DNA of 64,000 nucleotides from Lysobacterales bacterium (GCA_022844165.1 JALHMH010000006.1:32001-96000), one strand, 5' to 3'. Shown: positions 38,053 to 48,318, counted from the first letter of the stretch. The notes: a model not told the origin generated them from the letters alone. Made by a program: numbers and translations.

Positions 38053-39576
38053 CTAACCAACCCGCAAGCGCAGCCGCAAGCCGAGTTCGTCGAAGGTGTT
38101 TTTTTCCTGCCGAAGGTCGGTCCAGGTCAACGGATGCTTGGTCAGCCAGCCGCGCGGGAATTTGAGGTCGAAGTCGCGGCCGAGGATGTTGACGGTCAGC
38201 GGTGGCAGGGCTTCTTCGCTGCGTGCACGGTGCAGGACCACGGCGAGTCGGAAAATCGCCAAGGTCTTTTGAAAACGGTCGAGATCACGTTCGGCGATGT
38301 CTTCGAAGGTGTGATCGGGAATTCCGCGGCGATGGCCGAGCACCAGCGCCGCGACGGTTGCTTGTTCTTGCCGGGAGAAGCCCGGCAAATCCGAATGTTC
38401 GATAATGTACGCGCCATGTTTGTGGTGTTGCGTATGCGAGATCGACAGGCCGATCTCATGCACCAGCGTGGCGTACAACAAGGTGTCGCGCTCTTCCTGC
38501 ATCAGACCCCAGCCGGCGGCCGCCTGGTCGAACAGATTGAGCGCCGTGGCCTGCACGCGCAGCGCCTGCGCCTGATCCACGGCATAGCGTTTTGCCAGCG
38601 TGCGGATGCTGCGTTCGCGCGGATCCTGCTGTTGCTGGCGGCCGAGCGAATCGTACAACAAACCCTCGCGCATTGCGTAGTCGCTGACGCGTAACAGATC
38701 CAGATCGAGCGCCTCATAACACGCCCAAAGCGCCGCCAGACCGCCGAGGAAAATCGGTCGGCGGTCTTCGCTCAGCGACGGCAAACGTGCGCGCTGCACA
38801 ACGCCCACTTCGATGACGCGATCAATCAAATCCAGCAATCCGGCGCGCGTCACTTCGCGCTCGCGGCCACCCATCGCATGCAGAATGCTGCTCAGCGACT
38901 TGACGGTTCCAGAGCTGCCGATGACACGTTTCCAGCCGCGCGCTTTGTACGCGGCCAGTATCGGCTGAAATTCGATGGACAGCCGCAACTGCGCATCTTG
39001 CCAACGTTTGCGCGTGACTTTGCCGTCGGCAAAAAAGCGCTGCGAGGTGGCTACGCAGCCGAGCTGCAGACTCTCGGTTTCCAGTGTGTCGAAGCCGCGG
39101 CCGATGATCAGTTCGGTACTGCCGCCGCCGACATCGATCACCAACTGCTGTTGGCGCGGATCGTTCAGTCCGTGCGCGACGCCCAGGTAAATCAGCCGCG
39201 CCTCTTCGCGACCGGAGACCACCTCGATGGGTGCGCCCAGCGCGGTTTCCGCGGTCATCAGGAAGGCGCGCGGCGATTTCAGCTGGCGCACCGAGTTGGT
39301 CGCCACAGCGCGAATGCGCTCCCGCGGCACATTGCTCAGGCGTTGCCCAAAGCGCGATAAACAGGCGATCGCCCGCTCGCGGACGTCCGGGTTCAGTTGC
39401 CCATCTGCGGTGAGCCCAGCGGCCATGCGGACCGAATCGCGCAGGCGGTCGACGACCTGCAGCTCACCTTCGGAAAAACGGGCGACGATCATATGGAAAC
39501 TGTTCGACCCAAGATCGACCGCGGCCAGCGGCGTACTATCGACGATGTCTTTAGGGTCGAACGGCATTTCTATCAT
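38053..39576 (-). CDS. ppx: Exopolyphosphatase (Ppx/GppA)
   Basis: AAVDLGSNSFHM, SGREEARLIY, DVGGGSTE, HEIGLSISH; ATGA overlap with ppk1. Confidence 0.95.
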   Translation of the reverse strand: MIEMPFDPKDIVDSTPLAAVDLGSNSFHMIVARFSEGELQVVDRLRDSVRMAAGLTADGQLNPDVRERAIACLSRFGQRLSNVPRERIRAVATNSVRQLKSPRAFLMTAETALGAPIEVVSGREEARLIYLGVAHGLNDPRQQQLVIDVGGGSTELIIGRGFDTLETESLQLGCVATSQRFFADGKVTRKRWQDAQLRLSIEFQPILAAYKARGWKRVIGSSGTVKSLSSILHAMGGREREVTRAGLLDLIDRVIEVGVVQRARLPSLSEDRRPIFLGGLAALWACYEALDLDLLRVSDYAMREGLLYDSLGRQQQQDPRERSIRTLAKRYAVDQAQALRVQATALNLFDQAAAGWGLMQEERDTLLYATLVHEIGLSISHTQHHKHGAYIIEHSDLPGFSRQEQATVAALVLGHRRGIPDHTFEDIAERDLDRFQKTLAIFRLAVVLHRARSEEALPPLTVNILGRDFDLKFPRGWLTKHPLTWTDLRQEKNTFDELGLRLRLRVG

Positions 39577-41624
39577 CCTGCAATGCGCGCCAGCAGCGCG
39601 CTCTGCGCCGCGTGCGGCATGTCGTCGCCCGCTTCGACGCGCACGTAACTGCCGTCGCTCTGCAGGCGCCACGCCTGCGTGTTGTCGGCCAGGTAGTTCT
39701 CCAGAGTCTCGTTGAAGACACGCTGTCGCAGGCTCGAATCGAGAATCGGAAAGCAGGTCTCGACGCGGTTCAACAGATTGCGTTCCATCCAATCGGCGCT
39801 GGACGCATACAGCTCTTCGCGACCGTTGTTGTAGAAATAACAGACGCGGGAATGTTCGAGAAAACGGCCGACGATGGAATACACGCGGATGTTGTCGCTG
39901 ACACCCGGCACGCCCGGCCGCAGCACACAAATCCCGCGTACGAACAACACCACTTCGACGCCAGCTTCGCTGGCACGATAGAGCGCGTCGATGACCTGCG
40001 GTTCGCTCAACGCGTTCATGCGCGCCAGGATTTTTCCGCCCTTACCGGCGCGCGCGTTCTTGGCCTCGCGGTCGATCTTGTGGATCAGCTGTTTGTGCAG
40101 CGTAAACGGCGAATGCAGCACTTGTTTGAGCTTGATCGCCTGACTCAAGCCTGACAACTGCTGGAACAGCTTGTGCACATCTTCGCCGATGTCGGTATCG
40201 GCCGTGATCAGACCGATATCGGTGTAAACGCTGCTGGTGCCCTGGTGATAGTTGCCGGTTCCCAAATGCACGTAGCGCCTGAGCTTGCCGTTTTCGCGGC
40301 GCACGATGAGCAGCATCTTGGCGTGCGTCTTGTAACCGACCACGCCATAGACCACCTGCACGCCGGCCTCCTGCAGCCGATTGGCCAGATCGATGTTCGC
40401 CTCTTCATCGAAGCGAGCGCGCAGCTCAACGATGACGGTGACATCCTTGCCGGCGCGGGCGGCTTCTATCAAGTAGTCGACCAGCACCGATTTGCGACCG
40501 GTGCGATACAGTGTTTGTTTGATCGCCAACACATCGGGATCGTGCGCGGCGGTTTTCAGCAAATCGACGACGGTCGAAAAACTGTCGAAAGGATGGTGCA
40601 ACAACACATCCTGCTCGCGCACCATATCGAACACATTGCCGACCTTCGGCGCCTGAATCCGCGGCTTGAACGCCTGGTACTTCAAATCCGGTCGGTCGAC
40701 CAGGTCGTACACCGCGCCGACGCGGTTCAAATTGACAGGCCCATTGACGCGGAACATATCGTCTTCGCTGAGTTCGAAGTGTTCCAACAGATACTGGCCC
40801 AGCGCGCGCGGGCAACTGTCGGTAATTTCCAGGCGCACCGCGCGTGCGAAGCCGCGATCGAGTAGCTCGTCGCGCAGCGCGTGCGCCAGATTTTCCACAT
40901 CGAATTCGTCGACCCACAACTCACTGTTGCGCGTGACCCGAAACGGGTAGACCCCTTTGACCTTCATGCCAGGGAACAGATCGTCGACGAAGTCCTGCAA
41001 GATGGTGCTCAGCAGCACGACATCGTGCGTGCCGTTGGAAATTTCTTTCGGCAGCCGCACCAGGCGCGGCAACGAGCGCGGCGCACGCACCAGCGCCAGA
41101 TCCGCTTCGCGACCGAAGGCGTCTTTGCCCTTCAGCGCCACCGCCACATTCAAACTCTTGTTCAAGATCCGTGGGAACGGGTGCGCAGGGTCCAGACCCA
41201 GCGGGCTCAACACTGGCATCAGCTCGTCGTTGAAATAACCCTGCAACCAGCGCCGCTGCTTCGCATTCCACTCGTCGCGCATCAAAAAATTGATGCCCTG
41301 CGCGGAGAGTTTGGGTTTGAGTTCCTGATTCCAGGTTTGGTACTGCTCGCGCACCAGGCTCAACGCTTCGGTGCGAATCGCCGCCAACACATCAGCAGCA
41401 GTGCGTCCGTCCGGCCACGGTTTGCTCGCCAGAAAGTTCACCTGGTGGCGAATCGATGCCACCCGGACCTCGTAGAACTCATCGAGATTGGTGCACGAAA
41501 TGCACATGAAGCGCAGGCGCTCAAGCAGCGGCACACGATCATCCTGTGCCTGGGCAAGCACGCGCCGATGGAATGCGAGCAAACTGGTTTCGCGGTTGAG
41601 AAATAGGCTGGGATCGCGACTCAC
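39573..41624 (-). CDS. ppk1: Polyphosphate kinase 1
   Basis: NRETSLLAF, NLDEFYEVRVA, HPFP, LLHHPFDSF, KTHAK, GRFLEHSR, SADWMERN. Confidence 0.97.
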   Translation of the reverse strand: MSRDPSLFLNRETSLLAFHRRVLAQAQDDRVPLLERLRFMCISCTNLDEFYEVRVASIRHQVNFLASKPWPDGRTAADVLAAIRTEALSLVREQYQTWNQELKPKLSAQGINFLMRDEWNAKQRRWLQGYFNDELMPVLSPLGLDPAHPFPRILNKSLNVAVALKGKDAFGREADLALVRAPRSLPRLVRLPKEISNGTHDVVLLSTILQDFVDDLFPGMKVKGVYPFRVTRNSELWVDEFDVENLAHALRDELLDRGFARAVRLEITDSCPRALGQYLLEHFELSEDDMFRVNGPVNLNRVGAVYDLVDRPDLKYQAFKPRIQAPKVGNVFDMVREQDVLLHHPFDSFSTVVDLLKTAAHDPDVLAIKQTLYRTGRKSVLVDYLIEAARAGKDVTVIVELRARFDEEANIDLANRLQEAGVQVVYGVVGYKTHAKMLLIVRRENGKLRRYVHLGTGNYHQGTSSVYTDIGLITADTDIGEDVHKLFQQLSGLSQAIKLKQVLHSPFTLHKQLIHKIDREAKNARAGKGGKILARMNALSEPQVIDALYRASEAGVEVVLFVRGICVLRPGVPGVSDNIRVYSIVGRFLEHSRVCYFYNNGREELYASSADWMERNLLNRVETCFPILDSSLRQRVFNETLENYLADNTQAWRLQSDGSYVRVEAGDDMPHAAQSALLARIAG

Positions 41625-41727
41625 GGCTCAATCAGGCAAGCGAAAACGCTAAAGGTAGCAGAAGCGTGTGACCAGCGGGCGTCAATCGGAGATTCCAAAG
41701 GACTGTTGCGGCGCCTGGCATTGGCCG

Positions 41728-43125
41728 CTACTGATTGCCTCCCACCGCCCGCGCCAACGCTGCATACCATTCTTGTGCGCGTTCCGGCTCCACCATCGAC
41801 GCGTAGGCGACCCAGCCGCGCAGGTAAGACTGAAAATTGGGGTGTCCAGCGCGATTTTGTGCATCGAGGCCGGTTCGGGCGGCGTTATGCAGCATGGCGC
41901 GCAGGCGGCGTTTGTCGTCGCGCTTCAGGCCAACGGCGGTGTTGACCACGAGCCCGGTGACCTCCTGGCGTTGCGCCTGACCCATCACGTGGGTTTTGTC
42001 GGGATGTTCGGTGAATCCTTCGGCGTGCAATATCCGTCGCACCGCGCCCAGTAGCGGCCCCAGCAGGCTGCGATCGGGGCCGGAGAAACTGAGATCGTCG
42101 GCATACCGTGTGTAAACGAATCCAGCGCGACGGGCGAGGCCCGCGAGCCGCGCATCGAGGCGTTTGCAGATCAGATTGGTCAGCAACGGACTGGTGCACG
42201 CGCCTTGTGGCAACTGGCGCTCGCCGATGGCGATATGGAACCGGCGCTTGAGTGGATCGCCGGCGATGGCGCCCGCAATCCGCGGCGGTTCCGTGGTCAG
42301 CAGCGCCAACAATGTGGCCACCGCTCCGGAATAACCGAACGCGCGAAACAAGCCGCGCACCCGGGTGAAGCGCACGCTGGGGAAAAAATCCTTCAGATCG
42401 AGATTCACGAGCAGCGCGCGCCCCACGTGGTTCTGCGCGTTGCTCAGGGTCGATCGGCCAGCGACAAAACCATGCGCCTGGGCGCTGGTCCCCAGCGGTG
42501 CGAGCATCGCCAGAATCCAGCGTTGGCAGGCATCGAGTGCCGGCTTCGGCGCTGAGATGGCGCGAACACCGCCGGTCTTCTTCGGAACCTCATAGCGGTG
42601 GTAATGCACCAGCGTGGCGCCGCGTCGGTGGTAGGTCAACCAGCGCAGTTTGCCGATGCTGATGCCGAGCGCAGCAGCGAGATCGCTGGCGCTGTGCAAT
42701 ACCGGCAGACCGGCACGCGTGAGTTTCTGCGCATCGCTCTGCGCATCGTTCAGCTGATCGCTGACGCCGCTTCCGGCGTGCACAATGGTAGCGAGCTTGT
42801 GGGCTTGCCAGGCATCGCGCCTGGCGCGGCGATCGGCGTCGGCTTGCGCCTTGCGTAACGCGCGGCGCTTCTTGCTCTCTTCCCAGCGTCGCGCGCGTTC
42901 GGCTTTGAGCGCGGCCTGCACATCGTCGACAGTGAGCGCACTCCTGCCGATGCGCGCCAGCTCGGCTTCGATTTGTTTGCGTTCCGCGGCTTCGTCTGGC
43001 GGATCGGGCGGCAGGCCATCGGCGATCGGCCAATAACCGAGCGCCTTCATCCGCTGCAGCACGATTTGATCGTCGAGCCGCGCGAGGCGTTTGTACAAAT
43101 ACTGCAGGTGCTCCTGTTCGCTCAT
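41728..43125 (-). CDS. Retron reverse transcriptase (Mx162-like, long N-terminal extension)
   Basis: PKKTGGVRAISAP, AHGF, NAQNH (retron region X NAxxH), DLKDFFPS, LPQGACTSP, YTRYADDL, QEVTGLVVN (region Y VTG). Confidence 0.93.
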   Translation of the reverse strand: MSEQEHLQYLYKRLARLDDQIVLQRMKALGYWPIADGLPPDPPDEAAERKQIEAELARIGRSALTVDDVQAALKAERARRWEESKKRRALRKAQADADRRARRDAWQAHKLATIVHAGSGVSDQLNDAQSDAQKLTRAGLPVLHSASDLAAALGISIGKLRWLTYHRRGATLVHYHRYEVPKKTGGVRAISAPKPALDACQRWILAMLAPLGTSAQAHGFVAGRSTLSNAQNHVGRALLVNLDLKDFFPSVRFTRVRGLFRAFGYSGAVATLLALLTTEPPRIAGAIAGDPLKRRFHIAIGERQLPQGACTSPLLTNLICKRLDARLAGLARRAGFVYTRYADDLSFSGPDRSLLGPLLGAVRRILHAEGFTEHPDKTHVMGQAQRQEVTGLVVNTAVGLKRDDKRRLRAMLHNAARTGLDAQNRAGHPNFQSYLRGWVAYASMVEPERAQEWYAALARAVGGNQ

Positions 43126-43145
43126 GGCGCACGCCCCAACCAGAG

Positions 43146-43380
43146 CGAGCGTGGCGCGGCAGCATCTTCCGACGAAGCTTGCGACGGGACCGGTCCACTA
43201 ATGCGGATCGCACCCAGCCGACCAGCCCGCGGCGACCGCAGGTCGCATACCAGCAGCGGGCGCGGCTGGGTGCGATCCGAGAGTGCCGAACGGGCCCGTG
43301 AAGAAAAAGCCACAGACCAGCATGCGCGGCGTAACGCCGCACGGGTTGCGAAGACGAACAGCTCGTCCGCGCCACGCTCG
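43146..43380 (-). ncRNA. Retron msr-msd non-coding RNA
   Basis: Perfect 14-bp a1/a2 inverted repeat (43146-43159 / 43367-43380); long msd hairpin with a perfect 17-bp stem (43204-43220 / 43263-43279); msr hairpin GCGGCG-UUA-CGCCGC; directly upstream of the RT. Confidence 0.88.
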
Positions 43381-43416
43381 ATTCTTTCTACGTCAGCCAA
43401 TCTCAAGATGCAAGCC

Positions 43417-45120
43417 TCAGCCATGTTGCGCGTCCTCCTGGCCGAGCCGTTGCATATGCACCAAACGCAAACCAAGCACATGCGGGCATGGCCCTTTGGT
43501 CAAGCCGTCGCGCAACATCTGTGCACAGGTACACGAGGCGCTCAAGATCTCGCCGCTATGGCTGATATGCAACTGCGGCCTGACGCGGCTGCTGCCATCG
43601 GCCGCATTGCCGGAGAGTTTGTAGCCGTCATCGACCGGACGCCGCGCGATGATCACCACGTCGCCGGCGGCGGCGATGGCTTGGGCCGCTTTGGCTTTGG
43701 GTTGGCTGGCTTCGTGTTTTTTCGCCGCCGTCAGCGCTTGTGCCGCATCGAAGGCCTGCAAGGTCAGGTCGCGGTGGCGCACGCACTCACTGCCAAGATC
43801 GATCATCGCGCGCCCGGCTTGCGCCAACAGGCTCAGCGCACTGCGGGTTTTTTCGATGCCGAATCCCAGACTCGACGCCAGTTCCGGCGTGCGCGCCCAG
43901 CGTTGCCCACGCAGCGTGGTGTACACCCGATCGAGTTCCGGCGCGGTGACTGCCAATCGCTGCGTCAACAGGTCGAATCGCCCTTCGCCCTCGACCCAGT
44001 CGTTGTCGGTCCACCCGGACAACGCCAGCGTGAACTCGATACCACATGGCAGCGCGCACACCCAGACGCTCGGCAGACCGCTGGCCGACAGGTACACATC
44101 CACGTGTCGCGCAACGGGCAACACGCGCAACAGGCTGCGCAATCGCTCGCGCCCCCAGACGCGAATCGTCGCGATTTTGTCGCCGCCGTACACACTGGAT
44201 GGCGAGCACCAGATCGAGCGATTCCAAGGCTCCAGCACCAGCCGCACCGGTTCGCCGGGGCGCAGCTCGAAACGCAGCGCGCGTGGACTCTCGCGGGTTT
44301 TGTGTGTCAGCAAAAAGTTCAGCGCGTTGAGCACGTCGACCGGTTGCAAGCGCAGCCGGATCAAACCCATCGACATCAATCCGTGTACCCGCAAAAAACC
44401 TTCGAGCCAACCTTCGGGCAGGTCGATACGTTTTTCCAGCGCGGTGGCATCACCGGCTTTGGGTTCGAGGCGTTCGGAAGCGAAACCGCCGGCGCCGATA
44501 TCGAAGCGCGTCGCGCGATAACTGCGCAGGCGATCGAAGTGATCGGCGAGCCGCGCGCTGAAATCGATGTTGGTAGTTCCATATTCGATCGCTTCGATGC
44601 GCTCGAACGCAGCCAGCGGCAGCGCGAGTCGACCATAACTCGACTGGTCGCGCGAAAACGCCTCGAACGAGAGTTGATCCGGGTGCACAGTGATCACCGG
44701 GTCCAGCACCCGATTCAGTTCAACATCGCTGCTGACGGCGTATTGCATCCAGCGCTGGCGCGCAGCGTCGAAGGGTAGTCGGCGCGCCGCGCGGGCGGCG
44801 TCGAGTTCGATCAGACGCGCGTTCAATTCCGCCATCCGCGACTTCGCCGCGAGCGACTTGCTGCCCAGACTGGCGACGAATGCCTGGTCCTGGCGCTCCA
44901 GCCACGCGCGGTAAGCAAGACGCGCCTTGGGACGATATTTGTAGTCGCCAACCACCACCGAATACAGCGCAGCGAAGCTCTCGCGCGCCAGCAGCGGCTG
45001 CGCCAGCGTGCCGCGGAAAAAGGTCGCCTCGCGCAACTGGTTGGTCGCCAATGCCAGCCGCGCGTCAGCGCCGTGCATCTCGACGCCGCTGCGGCCCGAG
45101 TAGCGGTATTCGATGCTCAT
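43417..45120 (-). CDS. SWIM zinc-finger protein (type XIII retron-associated)
   Basis: C-terminal CTC-x12-CPH SWIM motif; LDPVITVHPD..FEAFSRDQSSYG and GTTNIDFS conserved-looking blocks. Confidence 0.85.
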   Translation of the reverse strand: MSIEYRYSGRSGVEMHGADARLALATNQLREATFFRGTLAQPLLARESFAALYSVVVGDYKYRPKARLAYRAWLERQDQAFVASLGSKSLAAKSRMAELNARLIELDAARAARRLPFDAARQRWMQYAVSSDVELNRVLDPVITVHPDQLSFEAFSRDQSSYGRLALPLAAFERIEAIEYGTTNIDFSARLADHFDRLRSYRATRFDIGAGGFASERLEPKAGDATALEKRIDLPEGWLEGFLRVHGLMSMGLIRLRLQPVDVLNALNFLLTHKTRESPRALRFELRPGEPVRLVLEPWNRSIWCSPSSVYGGDKIATIRVWGRERLRSLLRVLPVARHVDVYLSASGLPSVWVCALPCGIEFTLALSGWTDNDWVEGEGRFDLLTQRLAVTAPELDRVYTTLRGQRWARTPELASSLGFGIEKTRSALSLLAQAGRAMIDLGSECVRHRDLTLQAFDAAQALTAAKKHEASQPKAKAAQAIAAAGDVVIIARRPVDDGYKLSGNAADGSSRVRPQLHISHSGEILSASCTCAQMLRDGLTKGPCPHVLGLRLVHMQRLGQEDAQHG

Positions 45121-47597
45121 GCCACCGCCTCGAACGCACTGCTGAGCGTCGGAAACAGCAGTCTCAAGCGCGTCAAAGTGACGGCGATTGCCTCAAAGTC
45201 GCGTTGATTCGCGGTGCGCAATGCGGCATCCAGGATATCGATGGCGATGCGCGCCTGGCTTTCATCGCTGGCGCCGCGATCGGCGACGATGGCGAACAAA
45301 CGGTCTTTGGCCGATCGCGCCAGGCGCGGCGTCAACAGGCTGGATCGCAAAAACGGCGCCAGGCGACTGAACGCATCTGTGCCCTGCGGCCAGTGCGCGT
45401 CGAGGAGTCCGAGCGCCAGTTGGCGCATCGCCACGTGCGGGTGTTCGATGAGCCGCTGCAATAGCTGCGGTGCATCAAGATCGGACAGTCGTGCAATCAC
45501 GATGCGCGTGGCGAAGGCTTGCACATCGCTGCGATTGGAATCGCACAAAGCGACCAGCGCATCGAGCGATAGCGCGGTCGCGTCGAGCCGTTGCAACAAC
45601 GCAAAAGCGTGCGCGCCGTTGTCGCTGAATCGCGACTCGGCGAGTTGGATCAGCGGCCAGGGATCGATCTGCAGCTGCGGTAAAGCGCGTTCGAGCAAAA
45701 TCGCTGCCGCGCCGCGCACGCTTTGCACTTCATCTTCTGCAAGCATCGCCAGGCGCGCACTGCCGAGCAGCGTCAACGATTGTGGGTGGGCGGCGAGCAG
45801 CGCGCCACCCAGCGTGCGCTGGGTCAGCGTACCATCCTGCACCAGCGCCAGAACCTGCAGCAGCGGCAGCGTTGCCGCGGCTACGTCGGCGTAGGCGGTC
45901 AGTACCGTCAGCAGCGCCTCGTCGCGTTCACTCGGCGCCTCGCGCATGGCGTGCAGCAGGCGCTCAAGCACTGTGATGCGCGGCGCATCGTCGAGCACGG
46001 CAAGCACCGCCTGGGTGAGCTGCGCGATCGCCTGCCGACCGGCATCGGTGCGCCGACGCATCAGCCGCGGCAGTTGCGCGTGCACGATCCACACCGACGC
46101 GCTGCGGCTCAAGAACGCCTGCGCCAAAGCACGCGCCAGATCGCCACCATCGAGTAGTGCCGCGAGCAGTTTCAGATCCGGCACCGTCGCGTCGAAGCGG
46201 CGCTCGGCCTCGGCGCGCGCACTGGCGGCAATCCGCGGCGTATCGATCAGCGCCGCAAGATCGGTGGGGCTGGCGGTTGCAATCGCCTCCGGGTGGCGCA
46301 TCAGTCCGTCGATACCGAACGCGCGGACCTCATCGAGCCCACCGGTGGCCAGGCTCACGAACGCTGCCGGCTTGGCATCGAAGCGATCGACGAAGGGCAC
46401 GTCGGCGAGCAGCCAGGGTGTTTTGACCGCTGCCGTGTCGCGATAACACACGCGGCTCATCGCATCGACGCGTTGGCGTTTGCCTTTGCCGTGCAACAAG
46501 CGATGCAGCATCAACGCGTACACAAAAGGCGACTGCAAGGCACGCGGCGCGCGCGCATCGTCGGCGCCATAACGCCGCAGCACGGCCGCGGCGGCAAGTG
46601 GGTACAAATCGCGCCGCCAGTACGCCAGAAGGCGCAGCCAGCGCGCGCTGGCGCGACACACGTAGGCCTGCGTTTTGGCGCCGAACACCAGCGTCGATCG
46701 CGATTGCCCATCCAAGCCGCTCTTCAGCGACTGGCGCGCGCCGGCGGTGCGTGCGCGACGCCGCTCGAAGGCCAACGCCAACTCGGCAAACGTCTCAAGA
46801 TCGGCGCGCAGCATCGCGCGTTTCCAAATGCTCTTGGTGTACCGCCAACGATGCGGCGCATCCCAATCCGCCGTCGTGCGGCGCACCGCTGCGACGCACA
46901 GCGGCGTGCCGAATTCGTAGAGTTGATCGAGCACCAGGCCGCGCCGCGGCGCATCGATGCCATCGATCGCAGCGCACAGCGCATCGACAGCGGCCTGCGC
47001 AGTCGATTGTTCGTCCAGGCCAATCAATGTTGCGCGCAACGTATCCGGCAAACGCTGCAATCCTTCGGCGCGTGCTGTCGCCAAACCCTCCGCATCGCCC
47101 AGCGCGCGCAATGCCTCGACACCCGAGCGGCGGCGCGACAGCAGCTTCTTCGCCGCCTGCTCGCGTAGTAGCGCTATGGCGCGTGTGTCGCCGATGCGTC
47201 CCAGAGCATCGACGATCACCCCGATCTCCGGCGGGTTCTTCGCCGCCAATCCGAGCAGCGCCGGAACCGCATCCACGGCTTGCCGCCATCCCAGCGCCGT
47301 CGCCGCCAGCGCCCGTGGCTTTTGATGCAGCGATGAAAGTCGCTCGATCAGCGGCTCATGCCCACCGACTTCGGCGTAACCCGCGATCCGCAGGCGCTCG
47401 AGCACATGCTGCATCCGCGCTTGCGTTTCGGTCTGCGCGAAGGGCCCATACACGGTGCCGCCGGTCAACTGCTGCCGCGAAGGACCGGTCGCCAGGCGCA
47501 AAAGAATCTGCCCCGGCGCACTCGCGGCCTCGATCGACAGCAGCGTGTATCGCGAATGCGCTGCGGCATGCGGACTCTTGAGCAGGATCGGCGACAT
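45117..47597 (-). CDS. HEAT/ARM-repeat protein with possible degenerate N-terminal WGR-like domain
   Basis: HEAT-like ALG..AVPALL and ALGRIGD.RAI repeats; alpha-helical Leu/Ala-rich body; ATGA overlap with the SWIM gene. Confidence 0.75.
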   Translation of the reverse strand: MSPILLKSPHAAAHSRYTLLSIEAASAPGQILLRLATGPSRQQLTGGTVYGPFAQTETQARMQHVLERLRIAGYAEVGGHEPLIERLSSLHQKPRALAATALGWRQAVDAVPALLGLAAKNPPEIGVIVDALGRIGDTRAIALLREQAAKKLLSRRRSGVEALRALGDAEGLATARAEGLQRLPDTLRATLIGLDEQSTAQAAVDALCAAIDGIDAPRRGLVLDQLYEFGTPLCVAAVRRTTADWDAPHRWRYTKSIWKRAMLRADLETFAELALAFERRRARTAGARQSLKSGLDGQSRSTLVFGAKTQAYVCRASARWLRLLAYWRRDLYPLAAAAVLRRYGADDARAPRALQSPFVYALMLHRLLHGKGKRQRVDAMSRVCYRDTAAVKTPWLLADVPFVDRFDAKPAAFVSLATGGLDEVRAFGIDGLMRHPEAIATASPTDLAALIDTPRIAASARAEAERRFDATVPDLKLLAALLDGGDLARALAQAFLSRSASVWIVHAQLPRLMRRRTDAGRQAIAQLTQAVLAVLDDAPRITVLERLLHAMREAPSERDEALLTVLTAYADVAAATLPLLQVLALVQDGTLTQRTLGGALLAAHPQSLTLLGSARLAMLAEDEVQSVRGAAAILLERALPQLQIDPWPLIQLAESRFSDNGAHAFALLQRLDATALSLDALVALCDSNRSDVQAFATRIVIARLSDLDAPQLLQRLIEHPHVAMRQLALGLLDAHWPQGTDAFSRLAPFLRSSLLTPRLARSAKDRLFAIVADRGASDESQARIAIDILDAALRTANQRDFEAIAVTLTRLRLLFPTLSSAFEAVA

Positions 47598-47607
47598 GTG
47601 CTGAGGT

Positions 47608-48318
47608 TTACTCGAACTCGCTGTCGTCGAAGTCCTCGAGGGCGCCCGCCAGAGTGGGTTTCGACGGCGTCACGCCCATGCTTTCCAGCGCTGGCGCAGC
47701 TTGCTTGCGAAAACCGCTGGCCGGTGTCAACGGGCCGAGAATGCCCTCAAGCGCCATGCGCATCTGCTGGAAGTCGCGAAACGCGTGTTCGCGGAACAGA
47801 TCGTACGCCGTCCACATCAGATCGGCGCAGATTTCGGCAGGCACGCGACCCGTTTGCGCGCCCAGGCCGGGCAACGCCACGGAGCGAATCGAACCGGGTT
47901 CTTCGGTGTTCTGGATATGCACCGCCTGGAACGCTGCCGCGCACGCCAGCGCCACGTTCATGCTGGCACTGATGTCTTGATTGGACGACACCATCGTTGG
48001 CGTCGAAATCAGAAACCTGGGCTGCACGCGTTCCGTGGGCACGCACACGGCATGACCGACCGGCATCGCACCTTGATGCTTGCGCTTGATTTCGCCTTTC
48101 ACCTGATGCTCGATCTTCGCGCCCAGAAAATTCTTGATGACCAGATCGAGCCCGCCATCCATGCTGCCGGCCGAATTCGTCGGCGATACCCAGGCGCTGA
48201 CCGGTTGATCGAGCATCGAACCATGCACGATCTCGACTTCTGGGTTGCCCTCAAAACTGGCGCGCCACGCGGCGATGATCTTCGGATTAATGTCGACGAG
48301 GAGAACTTTGACGAGCAT
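47608..48318 (-). CDS. Macro domain protein (ADP-ribose binding/hydrolase)
   Basis: VSPTNSAGSMDGGLDLVI, ISTPTM and VALPGLGAQTG macrodomain loops. Confidence 0.9.
   Translation of the reverse strand: MLVKVLLVDINPKIIAAWRASFEGNPEVEIVHGSMLDQPVSAWVSPTNSAGSMDGGLDLVIKNFLGAKIEHQVKGEIKRKHQGAMPVGHAVCVPTERVQPRFLISTPTMVSSNQDISASMNVALACAAAFQAVHIQNTEEPGSIRSVALPGLGAQTGRVPAEICADLMWTAYDLFREHAFRDFQQMRMALEGILGPLTPASGFRKQAAPALESMGVTPSKPTLAGALEDFDDSEFE

Noticed and set aside
41728-43125. RT as a group II intron, DGR or CRISPR-associated RT
   Set aside because: It has retron NAxxH and VTG motifs and an adjacent msr/msd; there is no maturase/endonuclease domain, TR/VR pair or cas gene.
42973-44778. 601-aa plus-strand ORF spanning the ncRNA and SWIM gene, and minus-strand ORF 43122-43481 over the msr/msd
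   Set aside because: Shadow ORFs without recognisable motifs; the region is better explained by the SWIM gene and the structured ncRNA.
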